Positions 1 through 9,563 of a DNA stretch of 64,000 bases are shown here, one piece after another. The position numbers were made by a program, and so were the translations under genes. This stretch comes from Candidatus Bipolaricaulota bacterium (GTDB lineage Bacteria; Bipolaricaulota; Bipolaricaulia; RBG-16-55-9): contig JALSGO010000083.1 in NCBI GenBank assembly GCA_026982655.1, positions 30 through 64,029 of the forward strand. The letters run 5' to 3'. The number at the start of each line of letters is the position of its first letter. Within the stretch, counting starts at the first letter, position 1. Below the pieces are notes generated by a model. The model had not been told where the DNA came from. It ran no database searches and saw nothing but the letters and a program-made list of their open reading frames with translations.

Positions 1-1
1 G

Positions 2-247
2 ACGTGGGACCTGGAGACGGGCCTGCGCTGGCACCTCTCGCCGCAGTTGGCCCTCTCCCTGCAGGCCCTCTTTCTCTTCGACGTCCTCGACGGCTTCGGC
101 CCCCAGCTGGGGGCCGAGGTGCGCTGGAGCTTTCCCCTAACTTCGACAGGGTCGTGGAGGTTCTTCAACGAGGTAGGGCTGTACGTTCCCCTGAAGGAGC
201 GCTTCGTACAGCCCGTCTACGGGGCAGGGATCTCGCTGCGGTTTTGA
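2..247 (+). CDS. 3' fragment of a gene entering from upstream; C-terminus resembles an outer-membrane beta-barrel protein (ends ...YGAGISLRF*)
   Basis: Open frame from the window edge to TGA at 245-247; alternating hydrophobic pattern and C-terminal Phe typical of OMPs. Confidence 0.35.
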   Translation, partial: TWDLETGLRWHLSPQLALSLQALFLFDVLDGFGPQLGAEVRWSFPLTSTGSWRFFNEVGLYVPLKERFVQPVYGAGISLRF

Positions 248-424
248 CGACGGAGGGTGGGATCCACCGGGCGATGATCCGGCTCATGTCCTGGTGAGCA
301 GGTAAGCTTTGCAGGTTTGACATGGGAGGATCTGCGAACTCCACAGACCTTCTCGTCGGAGTCTCGAAAGGAGGGGGACTAAAGCTGGGTACGTGCCAGC
401 CGGATGGGGAGAGAACGCCCCGCC

Positions 425-814
425 CTACTCCCGGCGGTGCCGGGATCGTCGGCGCTCCGGAAAGAAAGCTAAAGCAAGCCCGATGCCCACGGCATCGATG
501 AGCACGTCCCGGGGGCTCCCCTCCCGCCCCGGAACGAAGCTTTGGTGGTACTCGTCGAGCGCGGCGTAGAAGAGGGCCAAGGCCGCTGCCGTGATCCGAA
601 CATGTCGCGGTGCCAGCGAGTGAGCGCGGAGCGCCCGTCCCAGGAGCCAGGTAAGAACCGCATATTCGAACACATGCCCGACCTTCCGAAGGACGAGGTC
701 TCCGGCCCGGGGCAGCCCCGATTCCAGGGAGGGCACCGAGGAGAGGGCGAAGATGAGCCCCGCCCAGGCGAACACGGGGAGCCAGTAGCGAAGAAAAAGC
801 CTCGGGCTGTGCAT
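425..814 (-). CDS. VanZ-like family membrane protein
   Basis: Motifs FAWAGLIFALSS, HVFEYAVLTW, DEYHQSFVPGR and SPRDVLIDAVG typical of the VanZ family; start placed at Met of MHSPRLF (the longer ORF extends upstream). Confidence 0.6.
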   Translation of the reverse strand: MHSPRLFLRYWLPVFAWAGLIFALSSVPSLESGLPRAGDLVLRKVGHVFEYAVLTWLLGRALRAHSLAPRHVRITAAALALFYAALDEYHQSFVPGREGSPRDVLIDAVGIGLALAFFPERRRSRHRRE

Positions 815-897
815 CGTAGTCGGGATGATAGCACAGATGCAGACACAGAGGAAGTTAGGTTGACGGGAGAGAGACGATCCCCTAAGCTCAGAGCGCG

Positions 898-2595
898 ATG
901 AGCTGCGGGGTCGTCGGGGTCCTCCCCCTTGCGAGCGTCGAGGCACGCGAGGCCGTAGGGCTGACCATCGAGCTGCTGGAGAACTGCCGCAACCGCGGCG
1001 AGGACGGCACCGGCTTGCTGTTGTACGGCCAAGGGCTCTTCCCCCGGCTCTTCCACATCGAGAAGTGGTTCGGCTCCGCGTACGAGATCCCGCAACGCCT
1101 CTACGAGCTCAACCTGGAACACCACCCCGAGGCCATCCTGGGGCACACCCGCTACGCCACCCGCGGCGTCATCCAGGAGGAGAACATCCACCCCGTCTGG
1201 GCCGGATTTTCACCTTCCTGCGACGGGAATTCCCGAGACTTTGAGGAAGAAGTCCACCTCTTTCTGGTGATGAACGGCGAGGTCTCGTTCACAGAGCGCT
1301 GGGTTCGCCTCGCAGAGCGAAGGGGCATCAACCTCCACGGGGCCACCACGGACACCGCCGGGTGCGCCGGGTACTTGCTGGCGCTCTACCTCGAGCGTCG
1401 CGATCTGGGGGAGGCGCTCACGGAGTTCTACAAGCAGGCCTTCCCCTTCGGTGGCTTTTCGATTCTGGGCCTGCTCCTCGACGGCCCGCAGGCGTGGTTT
1501 CTCTATCTGAGGGACGGGATGCGCCCGCTCCACCGCGCCCGCTACGAGGGCTACGAGATCTTCGTCTCGGAGACGAAGCCCTTAACGAGCTTAGGGCTCC
1601 TCTATGAGGACATCGCCGCGATCCCGGCGGGGAGCGTGGGCTTTTGCTCCTTAGAGGATCGGGCTTGGGAGCACTTGGACATGACAAAAAGGCTTAAGGG
1701 CCGGGCGTTTCGTGGGGAGTGCTCCTTCGAGTACGCGTATTTTCAAGAGCCCAACTCCGTCATGCACGGGAGGAGCATGGACGAGATCCGGAGGGAGTTC
1801 GGCAAGGCCGCCTGCCGGGAGCATCCGCCCCAAAAACCCGAAACCGACCCGGGGGCTCGGGTGGTGGTGACCCCGGTGCCCAAGTCGGGGATCAGCGCCG
1901 CCTATGGGTACGCGGAGCAGGCGCTGCGCGACGGGTACGACGTCCACCTGGGGGCGGTGGTGCTGCGCCGGGGTGGGAGGGGGAGCGAGACCCGCTCCTT
2001 CCTGGGGGAGGGCCGCCCGGAGATCGTCCGCCGTCTGCGCAAGAAGTTCGAGATCAACGTCCAAGAGGCCAAGGACGCCGTGATCGTCAACGTGGACGAC
2101 TCCATCGTCCGGGGGAACGTCTCGGCCTGGATCACCCAGGGGGAGCGAAGAGCGGGGGCGCGGGAGGTTCGATTTGTCTCGGCCTGGCCGCCCATCCTCG
2201 GCCCCTGCTTTGCGGGGATCGCCATCGACATGGGCGAGCCCTTGGCGCATCTGGTGGCGGAGTTCGAGCCCGAAGAGCTCGCCCAAGACCACACCCCCCT
2301 GGAGGAGGAACTCAAGGAGGGCTTCGAGCACGAGGAGTTCGGCCCCACGCGCTTCGACGAGGTGGGCTACGTGAGCGTCCGGGCCGTCACCGACATCTTG
2401 CGGAAGATCGTCCCCGGGGACTTCTGCACCGGCTGCTTTACGGGGCTGTACAACTACATCAACCCGCTCAACATCCGGGGGAAGCCCTATCGCTACGCGA
2501 GGTGGCTCGACGAGTTCATCGAACAGAACGGCGTGGAGATGCCGAACGCCGAGGCCCCCGAACGAGGAGAACGGGGAGAAGGAGGCGCTTCGTGA
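898..2595 (+). CDS. Class II glutamine amidotransferase fused to a type I phosphoribosyltransferase domain (amidophosphoribosyltransferase/PurF-like)
   Basis: N-terminal M-S-CGVVG Ntn-type nucleophile region; C-terminal PRTase motif VIVNVDDSIVRGN; 565 aa ORF. Confidence 0.6.
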   Translation: MSCGVVGVLPLASVEAREAVGLTIELLENCRNRGEDGTGLLLYGQGLFPRLFHIEKWFGSAYEIPQRLYELNLEHHPEAILGHTRYATRGVIQEENIHPVWAGFSPSCDGNSRDFEEEVHLFLVMNGEVSFTERWVRLAERRGINLHGATTDTAGCAGYLLALYLERRDLGEALTEFYKQAFPFGGFSILGLLLDGPQAWFLYLRDGMRPLHRARYEGYEIFVSETKPLTSLGLLYEDIAAIPAGSVGFCSLEDRAWEHLDMTKRLKGRAFRGECSFEYAYFQEPNSVMHGRSMDEIRREFGKAACREHPPQKPETDPGARVVVTPVPKSGISAAYGYAEQALRDGYDVHLGAVVLRRGGRGSETRSFLGEGRPEIVRRLRKKFEINVQEAKDAVIVNVDDSIVRGNVSAWITQGERRAGAREVRFVSAWPPILGPCFAGIAIDMGEPLAHLVAEFEPEELAQDHTPLEEELKEGFEHEEFGPTRFDEVGYVSVRAVTDILRKIVPGDFCTGCFTGLYNYINPLNIRGKPYRYARWLDEFIEQNGVEMPNAEAPERGERGEGGAS

Positions 2596-2614
2596 TTCGT
2601 TTCGTGAGATCAAG

Positions 2615-3100
2615 ATGAGGAAGCGGCGGACGTGGGCTTTTGTGTTCGTGCTCTTGCTTGCGATAAGCCTTTTGTCGGGGGAGGTCCGGGCGGTCGTCCG
2701 CGTCGGTGGGGGGGTGGGGTTCGTCGGCGGGGAGGCGGCTCCGGTGGGGCGGGTCGTGCTGGACGTGCTGCCCCTGTGGTTCATCGCCCTCTCGCTGGAC
2801 GTGGAGTACTGGCTCCTCCCCGACCGGGGGGAGCTGCTGCCGTTTTTGACCGCAAGCACGACGCTGATCCTCCAAGCTACCTTGGGAGCCGGTCCCCTTC
2901 TCGCTTTCAGGCTCGCGGATGAGGAGAGGAAGATAGCGCTGCAGGGGGTGGGGCTTAAGGCCGGAATCGGGACGGTGCTCGGGCCCTTAGGACTCTTTGC
3001 CGAAGCGATCGTGCTCCCGGGAGCGGATGCTCCCCTGGCCCCGCCCCTCCGGGTGCGGGGGGAGCTGCGCTTCGCCGTCGGAGCCACGCTGGGGTTCTAG
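2615..3100 (+). CDS. Small secreted/outer-membrane beta-barrel-like hypothetical protein
   Basis: Signal peptide MRKRRTWAFVFVLLLAISLLSGEVRA, Gly/Val-rich amphipathic strands, C-terminal Phe. Confidence 0.45.
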   Translation: MRKRRTWAFVFVLLLAISLLSGEVRAVVRVGGGVGFVGGEAAPVGRVVLDVLPLWFIALSLDVEYWLLPDRGELLPFLTASTTLILQATLGAGPLLAFRLADEERKIALQGVGLKAGIGTVLGPLGLFAEAIVLPGADAPLAPPLRVRGELRFAVGATLGF

Positions 3101-3138
3101 GGGCTGGGAAGGAGGAGGAGAAAGGGAGGGGATCCTCG

Positions 3139-4945
3139 GTGAACAAGTGGATTCTGCTCGTGCTGGCGGCGCTCGTCGTAGCGCTGCTGCTCCTGGGCTT
3201 GGGACGCCCCAAGCCGGAGGCGCCGGAGCAGGTGGCTCCTACCCCTACTCCGGCACCGAGGACGGAGAGGAGGGCGGAGCCCGTCGCGGAGGAGGGCGCG
3301 TTTAGGATGCTCTACGCGGGCTCGCCCGTCGGGGAGGAGCGCTACTCCCTGCGGAGCGTCGAAGGGGAGTGGGAGCTCCGCTCCGAGGTGGACCTCTCGA
3401 TCTTCGGGCAGGAGGCTACGCTTCGGACGAACCTGCAGCTCGCAGCGCCGGACCTCCCCCAGACGTACAGCCTCCAGGCGGACACACCCCAGGAGAGACA
3501 AGAGCTGCGGGTCACCCTCGACTGGACCGCCGGAAAGGCCTCCCTCCAAGCGAAGGCGGGAAGGCGGACGGTTCAACGCGAGCTCTCCGTGGAACGCCCG
3601 CTCTTCGTGATCGACAACAACGTGAGCAGCCACTTCGTCGTGCTCTACCGGGCGCTCCGCGTCCATGACTGGGGTGCCCGCCCGGAGCTGAAGGGGATGG
3701 CGCTCGCCCCACAACCCATGCTGACGGTCCCCCTGCGGGCCGAGCCTCCGCAGTCCGCTTCCGTCGTGAACAGAGCCACGGGGGAGACGGTGGACGTACA
3801 GAGCTTCCGCGTGCAGCTGGGAGACCTTGCGATCACGGTCTATGGGCAGGGGGACACCCTGCTGGTCATCGACAACCCGGCCCAACAGGTGCTCGTCTAC
3901 CGCTCCGACCTCCTGCCGGAGGGCGTAGAGCTCTCCGCTCCCTCGTCGGAGGCGGAAGCGTCCGAATCAGCCCTTCCCCGAGGGGTGCGGGAGGTGGAGC
4001 TCTCGTTCCGGAGCGAGGGGCTCACGCTGGCGGGGACGCTCGCGCTCCCCCAAGGGGAGGGGCCGTTCCCCGCCGTGCTGCTGCTCCCCGGCTCCGGGCC
4101 CGTAGATCGCGATGAGAACGCCCCCGGATTGCCGATCGACTTCTTCCGGGAGGCAGCCCATCGCTTGGCCCGAGAGGGGATCGCGAGCTTCCGCTACGAC
4201 AAGCGCGGCGTGGGGGAGAGCGAGGGCGACCTCTCCCGGGCGGGGATGCGCGATTTGGTAAGAGACGCCCGGGCCGCCCTAGAATTTCTCAGATCCCGGG
4301 AGGAAGTCGACCCCCGCAGGGTCTTCGTGCTGGGCCACAGCGAAGGAGGGGTCTTGGCCCCCCTGCTCGCCTCGGAGGGCGGGGTCGCCGGGGTCATCCT
4401 CGTGGCCGCGCCCGCCCAGCCCCTCGATCGGGTGCTCCTAGAGCAAGCCCGGCGAATCGCCGAAGCGATGGGCCTTCCGCCCGAACAGGTGGAAGCCCAA
4501 GTCCGGCAGACCCGACGGTTCATCGAGCTGGTGAAGTCCACCGAGGGCGATTGGGAGGACCTCCCCCCGGAGGAGCTCCAAGAGCGCTTCCCCTTGGCTC
4601 ACCGAGGAGCTGCTCGAGGCGTATCAGGGCCTCTCTCTGAGGTGGTTCCGCGAGCACTTTCGGCACAACCCCCTGCGGGCCGTGCAGTTCGTGCAGGCCC
4701 CCGTGCTGATCCTCCACGGCGAGAAGGATTTGCAGGTCGCGCCCTACCACGCGGAGCGCCTGGCCGAGGCCCTGCGCGAGGCCGGAAACCCGGACGTCAC
4801 GGTGAAGATCCTCCCCGACCTCAACCACCTCCTGCGCCGCCACCCGGAGGAACCCAGCGTCGCCTATCGGCATCTGGACGAGCCCGTGGACGAGCGCGTC
4901 CTGCGCCTCATCGCCGACTGGGTGAAGGAGCGCCTAGGGGGCTAA
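3139..4945 (+). CDS. Secreted two-domain protein ending in an alpha/beta-hydrolase (dienelactone hydrolase/S9-like) domain; reading frame is interrupted near 4595 (frameshift)
   Basis: Signal/TM N-terminus; LLLPGSGPVDRD...GHSEGG (GxSxG) hydrolase core in frame 1; C-terminal hydrolase segment (VLILHGEKDL...) continues in frame 2 from ~4598; frame-1 tail is Pro/Arg/Gly-rich junk. Confidence 0.5.
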
Positions 4946-6844
4946 GTGCTCCGTGAAGAAGCGGACGATCTCGTTATAGCATCGAACTTTGTTGGGGAAC
5001 TTCGTCACGTCGTGCCCCTCGTCCTCGAACACCAAGTATTCGACCTGCTTCCCCTGCCGACGGAGTTCCTCGACCAAGTCGCGCGACTCGGCTTCCACCA
5101 CCCGCGGGTCGTTCTTCCCCTGAATCACCAGTAGGGGGCACGCCAGACGGTGCAAATGCGTCTTGGGCGATCGCTCCACCAAGAAGTCGCGGTCGCGCTC
5201 GGGATCCCCTAGGATCATCCGGAAGTACGTCTGCCACGTCGGGGGGATGCGCTCCAAAAACGTTAAGAGGTTGTACGGCCCGAACATGTCGCAGGCGGCC
5301 TTCCACAATTCGGGGTGGCAGCCTGCGAGCATCAACGTCATATAGCCCCCGTAGGAGCGGCCCATGACGCCCGCACGCTCTAGGTCCAGCCTCTCGTCGT
5401 CCTTGAGGTGCTCGAAGGCGGCTACGTGGTCTAAGCGGTCCTTCCCGCCCCAGTCGCGGTCCACCTGCTTCATGTAGGAGAGCCCATAGCCGGAGCTGCC
5501 CCGGACGTTGGGGACGAAGACCGCAAAGCCCTTCAGCGTGAAGTACTGGATCAAGGGCATGGAGAACCAGGTGAAGTCGGGGCGCTCCTGGCTGTGGGGT
5601 CCCCCGTGGATGTAGAAGATCACGGGCCGTGGGCCTCGATACCCCAGCTGCTCCGAGGGCAGATACAACCGGGCGGAGACCCGCAGCCCGTCGTGGCTCT
5701 CATACGAGGCGTCCTCCCCCGGGGAGAGGAGCTCTTGAGGGATCCCCAGCACCCGCTCGCGGGTGTGCCGCCTCACCTCCCCGTCCTCCACGGTGTAGAT
5801 CTGCGCGGGCGAGGTGGCGGTGGAGAACGTCAGCACGAAGTGCCCGCTCCCCTTGTCGAAGTGCAAAGACTGGAGCACGCCGTCCCGCAGCGGGGCTTGG
5901 AGGCCGCAGATCGGGCGCTCGATGCGCAGTCGAAGGGCCTCTTCGTCGAAGGTCCCCTCGTAGACGTAGGAGCAGCCGTCGATGTTGTAATAAACGAGGT
6001 AGCGGTCGCCGTGGAGGCGCTCCAGGCCGGTAAGCTCCCCGAGGCCTCGGTGGAGGGTCCCCTCCACAGCCACGGGGCGCACGTCCTTGGGGTTCGCCAG
6101 CGGGAAGTACCCCAGGCCGTAGGTATCCTCGAAGAGGGAGGTCACAAAGAGCAGCCCCTCCCGCGTGAAGTGGCAGTCGTGGATCGAGTTTAAGGGGACC
6201 TCCTCGCCCGCTCGTCGTCCCTCTAAAGGCGTGCCGAAGAGGAGCTCCCGCCGTCGGGAGCCCTCCTCCCAGAGGTAGAGCACGTGATCCCCCGCCGTGT
6301 AGGAGTCCCGGAGGATGAGCTTTCGGTGATCCTCGCTTACGCCGTCCACGAGGTTGCCGTAGAGGCTCGTCCCCAGCTCTTCCCGTTTTAGGGTCTCGAG
6401 ATGGCAGCGGAACGTGAGGTGATTCGGGTCGGTGCGCGGGTCGACGGAGAAGTACGCTAGGTTGGCGTCGGGATCGCAGCGGAGGAGCCGGAGCTGTTGG
6501 CCCTCAAATTCTTCCCCGAAGAGCGGCTCGGGGAAGCCCCCCTCCAGGGGGATGACGTACGGCTGATAGTTCTCGTCCCCGTCGCGGTCGATCATCACCA
6601 CGATCTTCCCCAGTCGGGGGAAGACGGAGAAGGGCTTCCCGAACAGGAGGGCCGGGGTGTGCAGCGCCACGTCCCGGGGCAGCAAGGGCTCGGGGACGCT
6701 CCCGCCCTGGTCCATGGCGTACAGACTCAGGCGCCCGGAGAGGTCGCTGACGAAGTAGATGCGCTCCCCCACGAGCTGGGGGCTTACGAAGAGCCGAGTC
6801 GACAATAGGGCTTCTACAGATACAGACGTGCGGAGCGATGTCAT
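4934..6844 (-). CDS. S9 family serine peptidase (prolyl oligopeptidase/acylaminoacyl-peptidase-like) with N-terminal beta-propeller
   Basis: IHGGPHSQ...GRSYGGYMT (GxSxG) and DxxH catalytic region; TolB-like propeller N-terminus; start at Met of MTSLRTSV with GGGGAGAG RBS. Confidence 0.75.
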   Translation of the reverse strand: MTSLRTSVSVEALLSTRLFVSPQLVGERIYFVSDLSGRLSLYAMDQGGSVPEPLLPRDVALHTPALLFGKPFSVFPRLGKIVVMIDRDGDENYQPYVIPLEGGFPEPLFGEEFEGQQLRLLRCDPDANLAYFSVDPRTDPNHLTFRCHLETLKREELGTSLYGNLVDGVSEDHRKLILRDSYTAGDHVLYLWEEGSRRRELLFGTPLEGRRAGEEVPLNSIHDCHFTREGLLFVTSLFEDTYGLGYFPLANPKDVRPVAVEGTLHRGLGELTGLERLHGDRYLVYYNIDGCSYVYEGTFDEEALRLRIERPICGLQAPLRDGVLQSLHFDKGSGHFVLTFSTATSPAQIYTVEDGEVRRHTRERVLGIPQELLSPGEDASYESHDGLRVSARLYLPSEQLGYRGPRPVIFYIHGGPHSQERPDFTWFSMPLIQYFTLKGFAVFVPNVRGSSGYGLSYMKQVDRDWGGKDRLDHVAAFEHLKDDERLDLERAGVMGRSYGGYMTLMLAGCHPELWKAACDMFGPYNLLTFLERIPPTWQTYFRMILGDPERDRDFLVERSPKTHLHRLACPLLVIQGKNDPRVVEAESRDLVEELRRQGKQVEYLVFEDEGHDVTKFPNKVRCYNEIVRFFTEHLAP

Positions 6845-6930
6845 ATGGGTTCTCTCCCCTTGGATCTCGATTGAGGGTAACGGCATCGTACCCCAAACGG
6901 GGAGGGGGCACAAGGTCCGCCTGCTGGTCG

Positions 6931-7224
6931 TCAGGTTGGCATGACTTCGTAGAGTTGAAACTCGTTGGGACGGCTGAACCACTCCTTCGACGCTCCGCGG
7001 CGATGGCCTTTTTGGAACTCCTCCGAGTTCGTCCAGCGTTCGAAGTCCTCTCTCGATTCCCACCAGGTCATCACCAGGTAGTCCTCTCCGGTGGTGGGGC
7101 GGAGGATCTGGATGCGCACGAACCCCGGCATCGTCTCCACCAGCCGCTCCCGCTCGCGGAACCGCTGCTCGAAGGACTCCCGATACTCCGGTTTCACGAA
7201 GATCCGGTTGACGGCAACGATCAT
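6931..7224 (-). CDS. Antibiotic biosynthesis monooxygenase (ABM) domain protein
   Basis: ~97 aa ferredoxin-like ABM fold signature (MIVAVNRIFVKPEY...FVRIQILRP...); GGAGG RBS before the chosen ATG. Confidence 0.6.
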   Translation of the reverse strand: MIVAVNRIFVKPEYRESFEQRFRERERLVETMPGFVRIQILRPTTGEDYLVMTWWESREDFERWTNSEEFQKGHRRGASKEWFSRPNEFQLYEVMPT

Positions 7225-7259
7225 CTCGTCTACCTCCTCGCTACGGGATCGGATGTGCA

Positions 7260-8384
7260 TCACGTTCTCATTATAGTGCGCGGCGTCTCCGCTCGATAGA
7301 GCGTGTGCGCTCCGGTGGCTGCGAGTGTCTCCACCTGTTGGAAGGACTCCCGGAGCCAGCGGAGGAGGGGGAGCCCCGCGGAGCTTACGACGTAGGCCCT
7401 CCCCCGGGGCTGCAACACCCGGGCTGCCCCCTGGATGAACCGCTGGGCCGTCTCCCGATCCCGCGTCCAGTCGCGATGAGCCGGGGGGTAGGTCAGCACG
7501 ACGTCAAAGCGTTCCCCTGCGATGCCGGAGGTGACGTCGCTATATCGTACCGCCGCCTGGGGCTCGGAGAGCCCGTAGAGCGCGAGGGTGCGCCGGGAGG
7601 CCTCCAAGGCGGCGGCGCTTACGTCCACCAGCACCGCTCGCGCCGCAAAGCGCCGGACTGCGAGGAGCCCCACGATTCCGGACCCGCATCCCAGGTCCAG
7701 CACGCGCTCCCCCGGCCTGAGGTCCATAGATTCTAGCAGCATGCGGGTCCCTGGGTCGAGTCCCTCGGCACCGTAGGCGAAGAGGGCCGGGTGGGTGTAG
7801 CTGTGCCACCTTTGCCCGTAGACCTCGACCTCGTGGAGCCGAAACCCCTCTCCGGGGTCCTCCCTCCGGGAGGAGAGAAGGAGCACGGCGCAGGCAGCTC
7901 GGCAGCCTCCGCCGTACGTCTCCTCCTCCAGATCCCCAAACAGCTCCCGTGTGAAGGCCAGGGCACCGGAGATGCCGCCGCGCTTCGGACCCGCCAGGCA
8001 GAACCGCCCGCCGGGTCGAAGGTACCAAGCGGCCAGCCGGATCAGTCGGCGGGTGAACTCCTTCCCCTTGGGGATGGAAAGACAGACGAGATCGAAGCTT
8101 CCCGGCGTAAGAACCGCGTAGCCGTCGCCGTGGAGGAGTCGGATTCGTCGCCCTGGATCGCGATCGCCCATGAGGCTGTCGCGGGCGAGAGCCCGGCGGA
8201 GGGCTTCAATGGCCCCTCCGTGGTCGTCCGCCAGCACCACGTCCCCGAGAGCTCGGCGGACGAGGAAGCGGGCGAGCTCACCCTTCCCTGCGCCACACCG
8301 CAGGTCGAGAACCCGGCGGGTGGGAGGAGAGAGGCTCAACCGGGCGATGAGCAGGCGGGCTGCGGGATCGCCGGGCTCCCTCAT
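7260..8384 (-). CDS. Class I SAM-dependent methyltransferase with duplicated small MTase domains (RsmC/RlmG-like rRNA methyltransferase)
   Basis: Two glycine-rich SAM motifs (VLDLRCGAGKG; VLDLGCGSGIVG) and a TYPP/NPPxH-like motif (VLTYPPAH). Confidence 0.5.
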   Translation of the reverse strand: MREPGDPAARLLIARLSLSPPTRRVLDLRCGAGKGELARFLVRRALGDVVLADDHGGAIEALRRALARDSLMGDRDPGRRIRLLHGDGYAVLTPGSFDLVCLSIPKGKEFTRRLIRLAAWYLRPGGRFCLAGPKRGGISGALAFTRELFGDLEEETYGGGCRAACAVLLLSSRREDPGEGFRLHEVEVYGQRWHSYTHPALFAYGAEGLDPGTRMLLESMDLRPGERVLDLGCGSGIVGLLAVRRFAARAVLVDVSAAALEASRRTLALYGLSEPQAAVRYSDVTSGIAGERFDVVLTYPPAHRDWTRDRETAQRFIQGAARVLQPRGRAYVVSSAGLPLLRWLRESFQQVETLAATGAHTLYRAETPRTIMRT

Positions 8385-9175
8385 TCTAGGGGGGCCGGGG
8401 GACTCCAAAACCCCACGAGCCAAACCTCCGATGCTGCGGCACGGAGTCGGATCGGACGGGCTGCGGAGAGCAGGGTCAACCCGCCGGGCTCCACCGTCAC
8501 CTCGGAGCCGAAGCGGTTCGTGCCCAGCCGCAACCCACCCCGCATCACGTAGAGCGCGACATCGCCTTCCGCCGGCCGCAGAGACCCCGTCCCCCGCAGG
8601 CGCAGGAGCCAAACGCTCCCGGTGGGGGACTCGAAGACGGGGGAGCCCTCTATGCTCTCGCCCTCTCCGGCTTCGGCTTCGACGTCGGTACCGGCCTTGA
8701 GCGACCTCAGAGGTTGGGTAAACCGCACGTCAAGAGCGATCCGAAGCGGAAAGAGCCCTCCAGAGATCGGCGGCTCGTCCCGGGTCACCGAGGGGGGAGG
8801 CGTGGAGAAGACGAGCAGGAGGAGAGTCCGATCGCCCGAAGGGCGGATCTCCGCTTGGGTCCCTTGGAAGAGGATGAGCAGCTCCTCCGCGTCCAGGCGG
8901 AGGTCCCCCTGAGGGAAGGTGGCGTGCCCTTGGCCCCGAAGGGCGAGCACGGCCTCGTGGCTGGCGGGGTTCGAGCGCCAGCTCTCCCCCGGCGGGATGC
9001 GCCAGAGGGTAAGGCGCCCCGACGGGTTCTCCCAGAGGACCCAAGGGGAAGGGGAGAGGGGGTCCCGGATCTCCTCCGGCGCGAGCACCCGAGGCCGAGA
9101 GCCCCCGCCGACGAGGAGATTCAGCGCCCACAGCCCCGTAAGCGCAGCGATCAGGAGGGCGAGAACCCAACGCAT
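8381..9175 (-). CDS. Hypothetical secreted protein
   Basis: ORF with N-terminal signal peptide MRWVLALLIAALTGLWALNL; no recognisable catalytic motif. Confidence 0.4.
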   Translation of the reverse strand: MRWVLALLIAALTGLWALNLLVGGGSRPRVLAPEEIRDPLSPSPWVLWENPSGRLTLWRIPPGESWRSNPASHEAVLALRGQGHATFPQGDLRLDAEELLILFQGTQAEIRPSGDRTLLLLVFSTPPPSVTRDEPPISGGLFPLRIALDVRFTQPLRSLKAGTDVEAEAGEGESIEGSPVFESPTGSVWLLRLRGTGSLRPAEGDVALYVMRGGLRLGTNRFGSEVTVEPGGLTLLSAARPIRLRAAASEVWLVGFWSPPAPLE

Positions 9176-9188
9176 GCGGCCCCGTCCT

Positions 9189-9563
9189 TCAGCCCCTCAT
9201 CGTGGGGGGGGGAGCGGGTTGGTCTCGACGGATCTCGTCCAGGGTTTCCACCGCCCTTCGCAAATGGGGGATGACGATGGACCCGCCTACGATCAAGGCA
9301 ACGCCGAACGCTTCGAAGAGCTCCTCGTCGGTTACGCCCTGCTCGGTGCACCGTAAGAGGTGGTACGTGATGCAGTCGTCACAGCGGAGCACCATCGAGG
9401 CTACCAACCCCATAAGCTCCTTCGTGCGGGCGGGCAGGGCCCCGTCCCGATACATCTGGGTGTCCAAGCTGAAGAGCCGGTTGATCGCAAGGTTCCCCTG
9501 GCGAAAGATCCGCTCGTTCATCCGTTCGCGGTACTCCTGGAATGCCTTGAGGCGATCGCCCAT
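9189..9563 (-). CDS. Carboxymuconolactone decarboxylase (CMD)/AhpD-like family protein
   Basis: AhpD-core motif VLRCDDCITYH; start ATG overlaps the stop of the upstream esterase (ATGA). Confidence 0.65.
   Translation of the reverse strand: MGDRLKAFQEYRERMNERIFRQGNLAINRLFSLDTQMYRDGALPARTKELMGLVASMVLRCDDCITYHLLRCTEQGVTDEELFEAFGVALIVGGSIVIPHLRRAVETLDEIRRDQPAPPPTMRG

Noticed and set aside
4600-4956. C-terminal 120 residues of the 3139-4956 single ORF (…GAARGVSGPLSEVVPRALSAQPPAGRAVRAGPRADPPRREG…)
   Set aside because: This tail is non-protein-like. The conserved hydrolase C-terminus is in the +1 frame, so it is treated as frameshift read-through.
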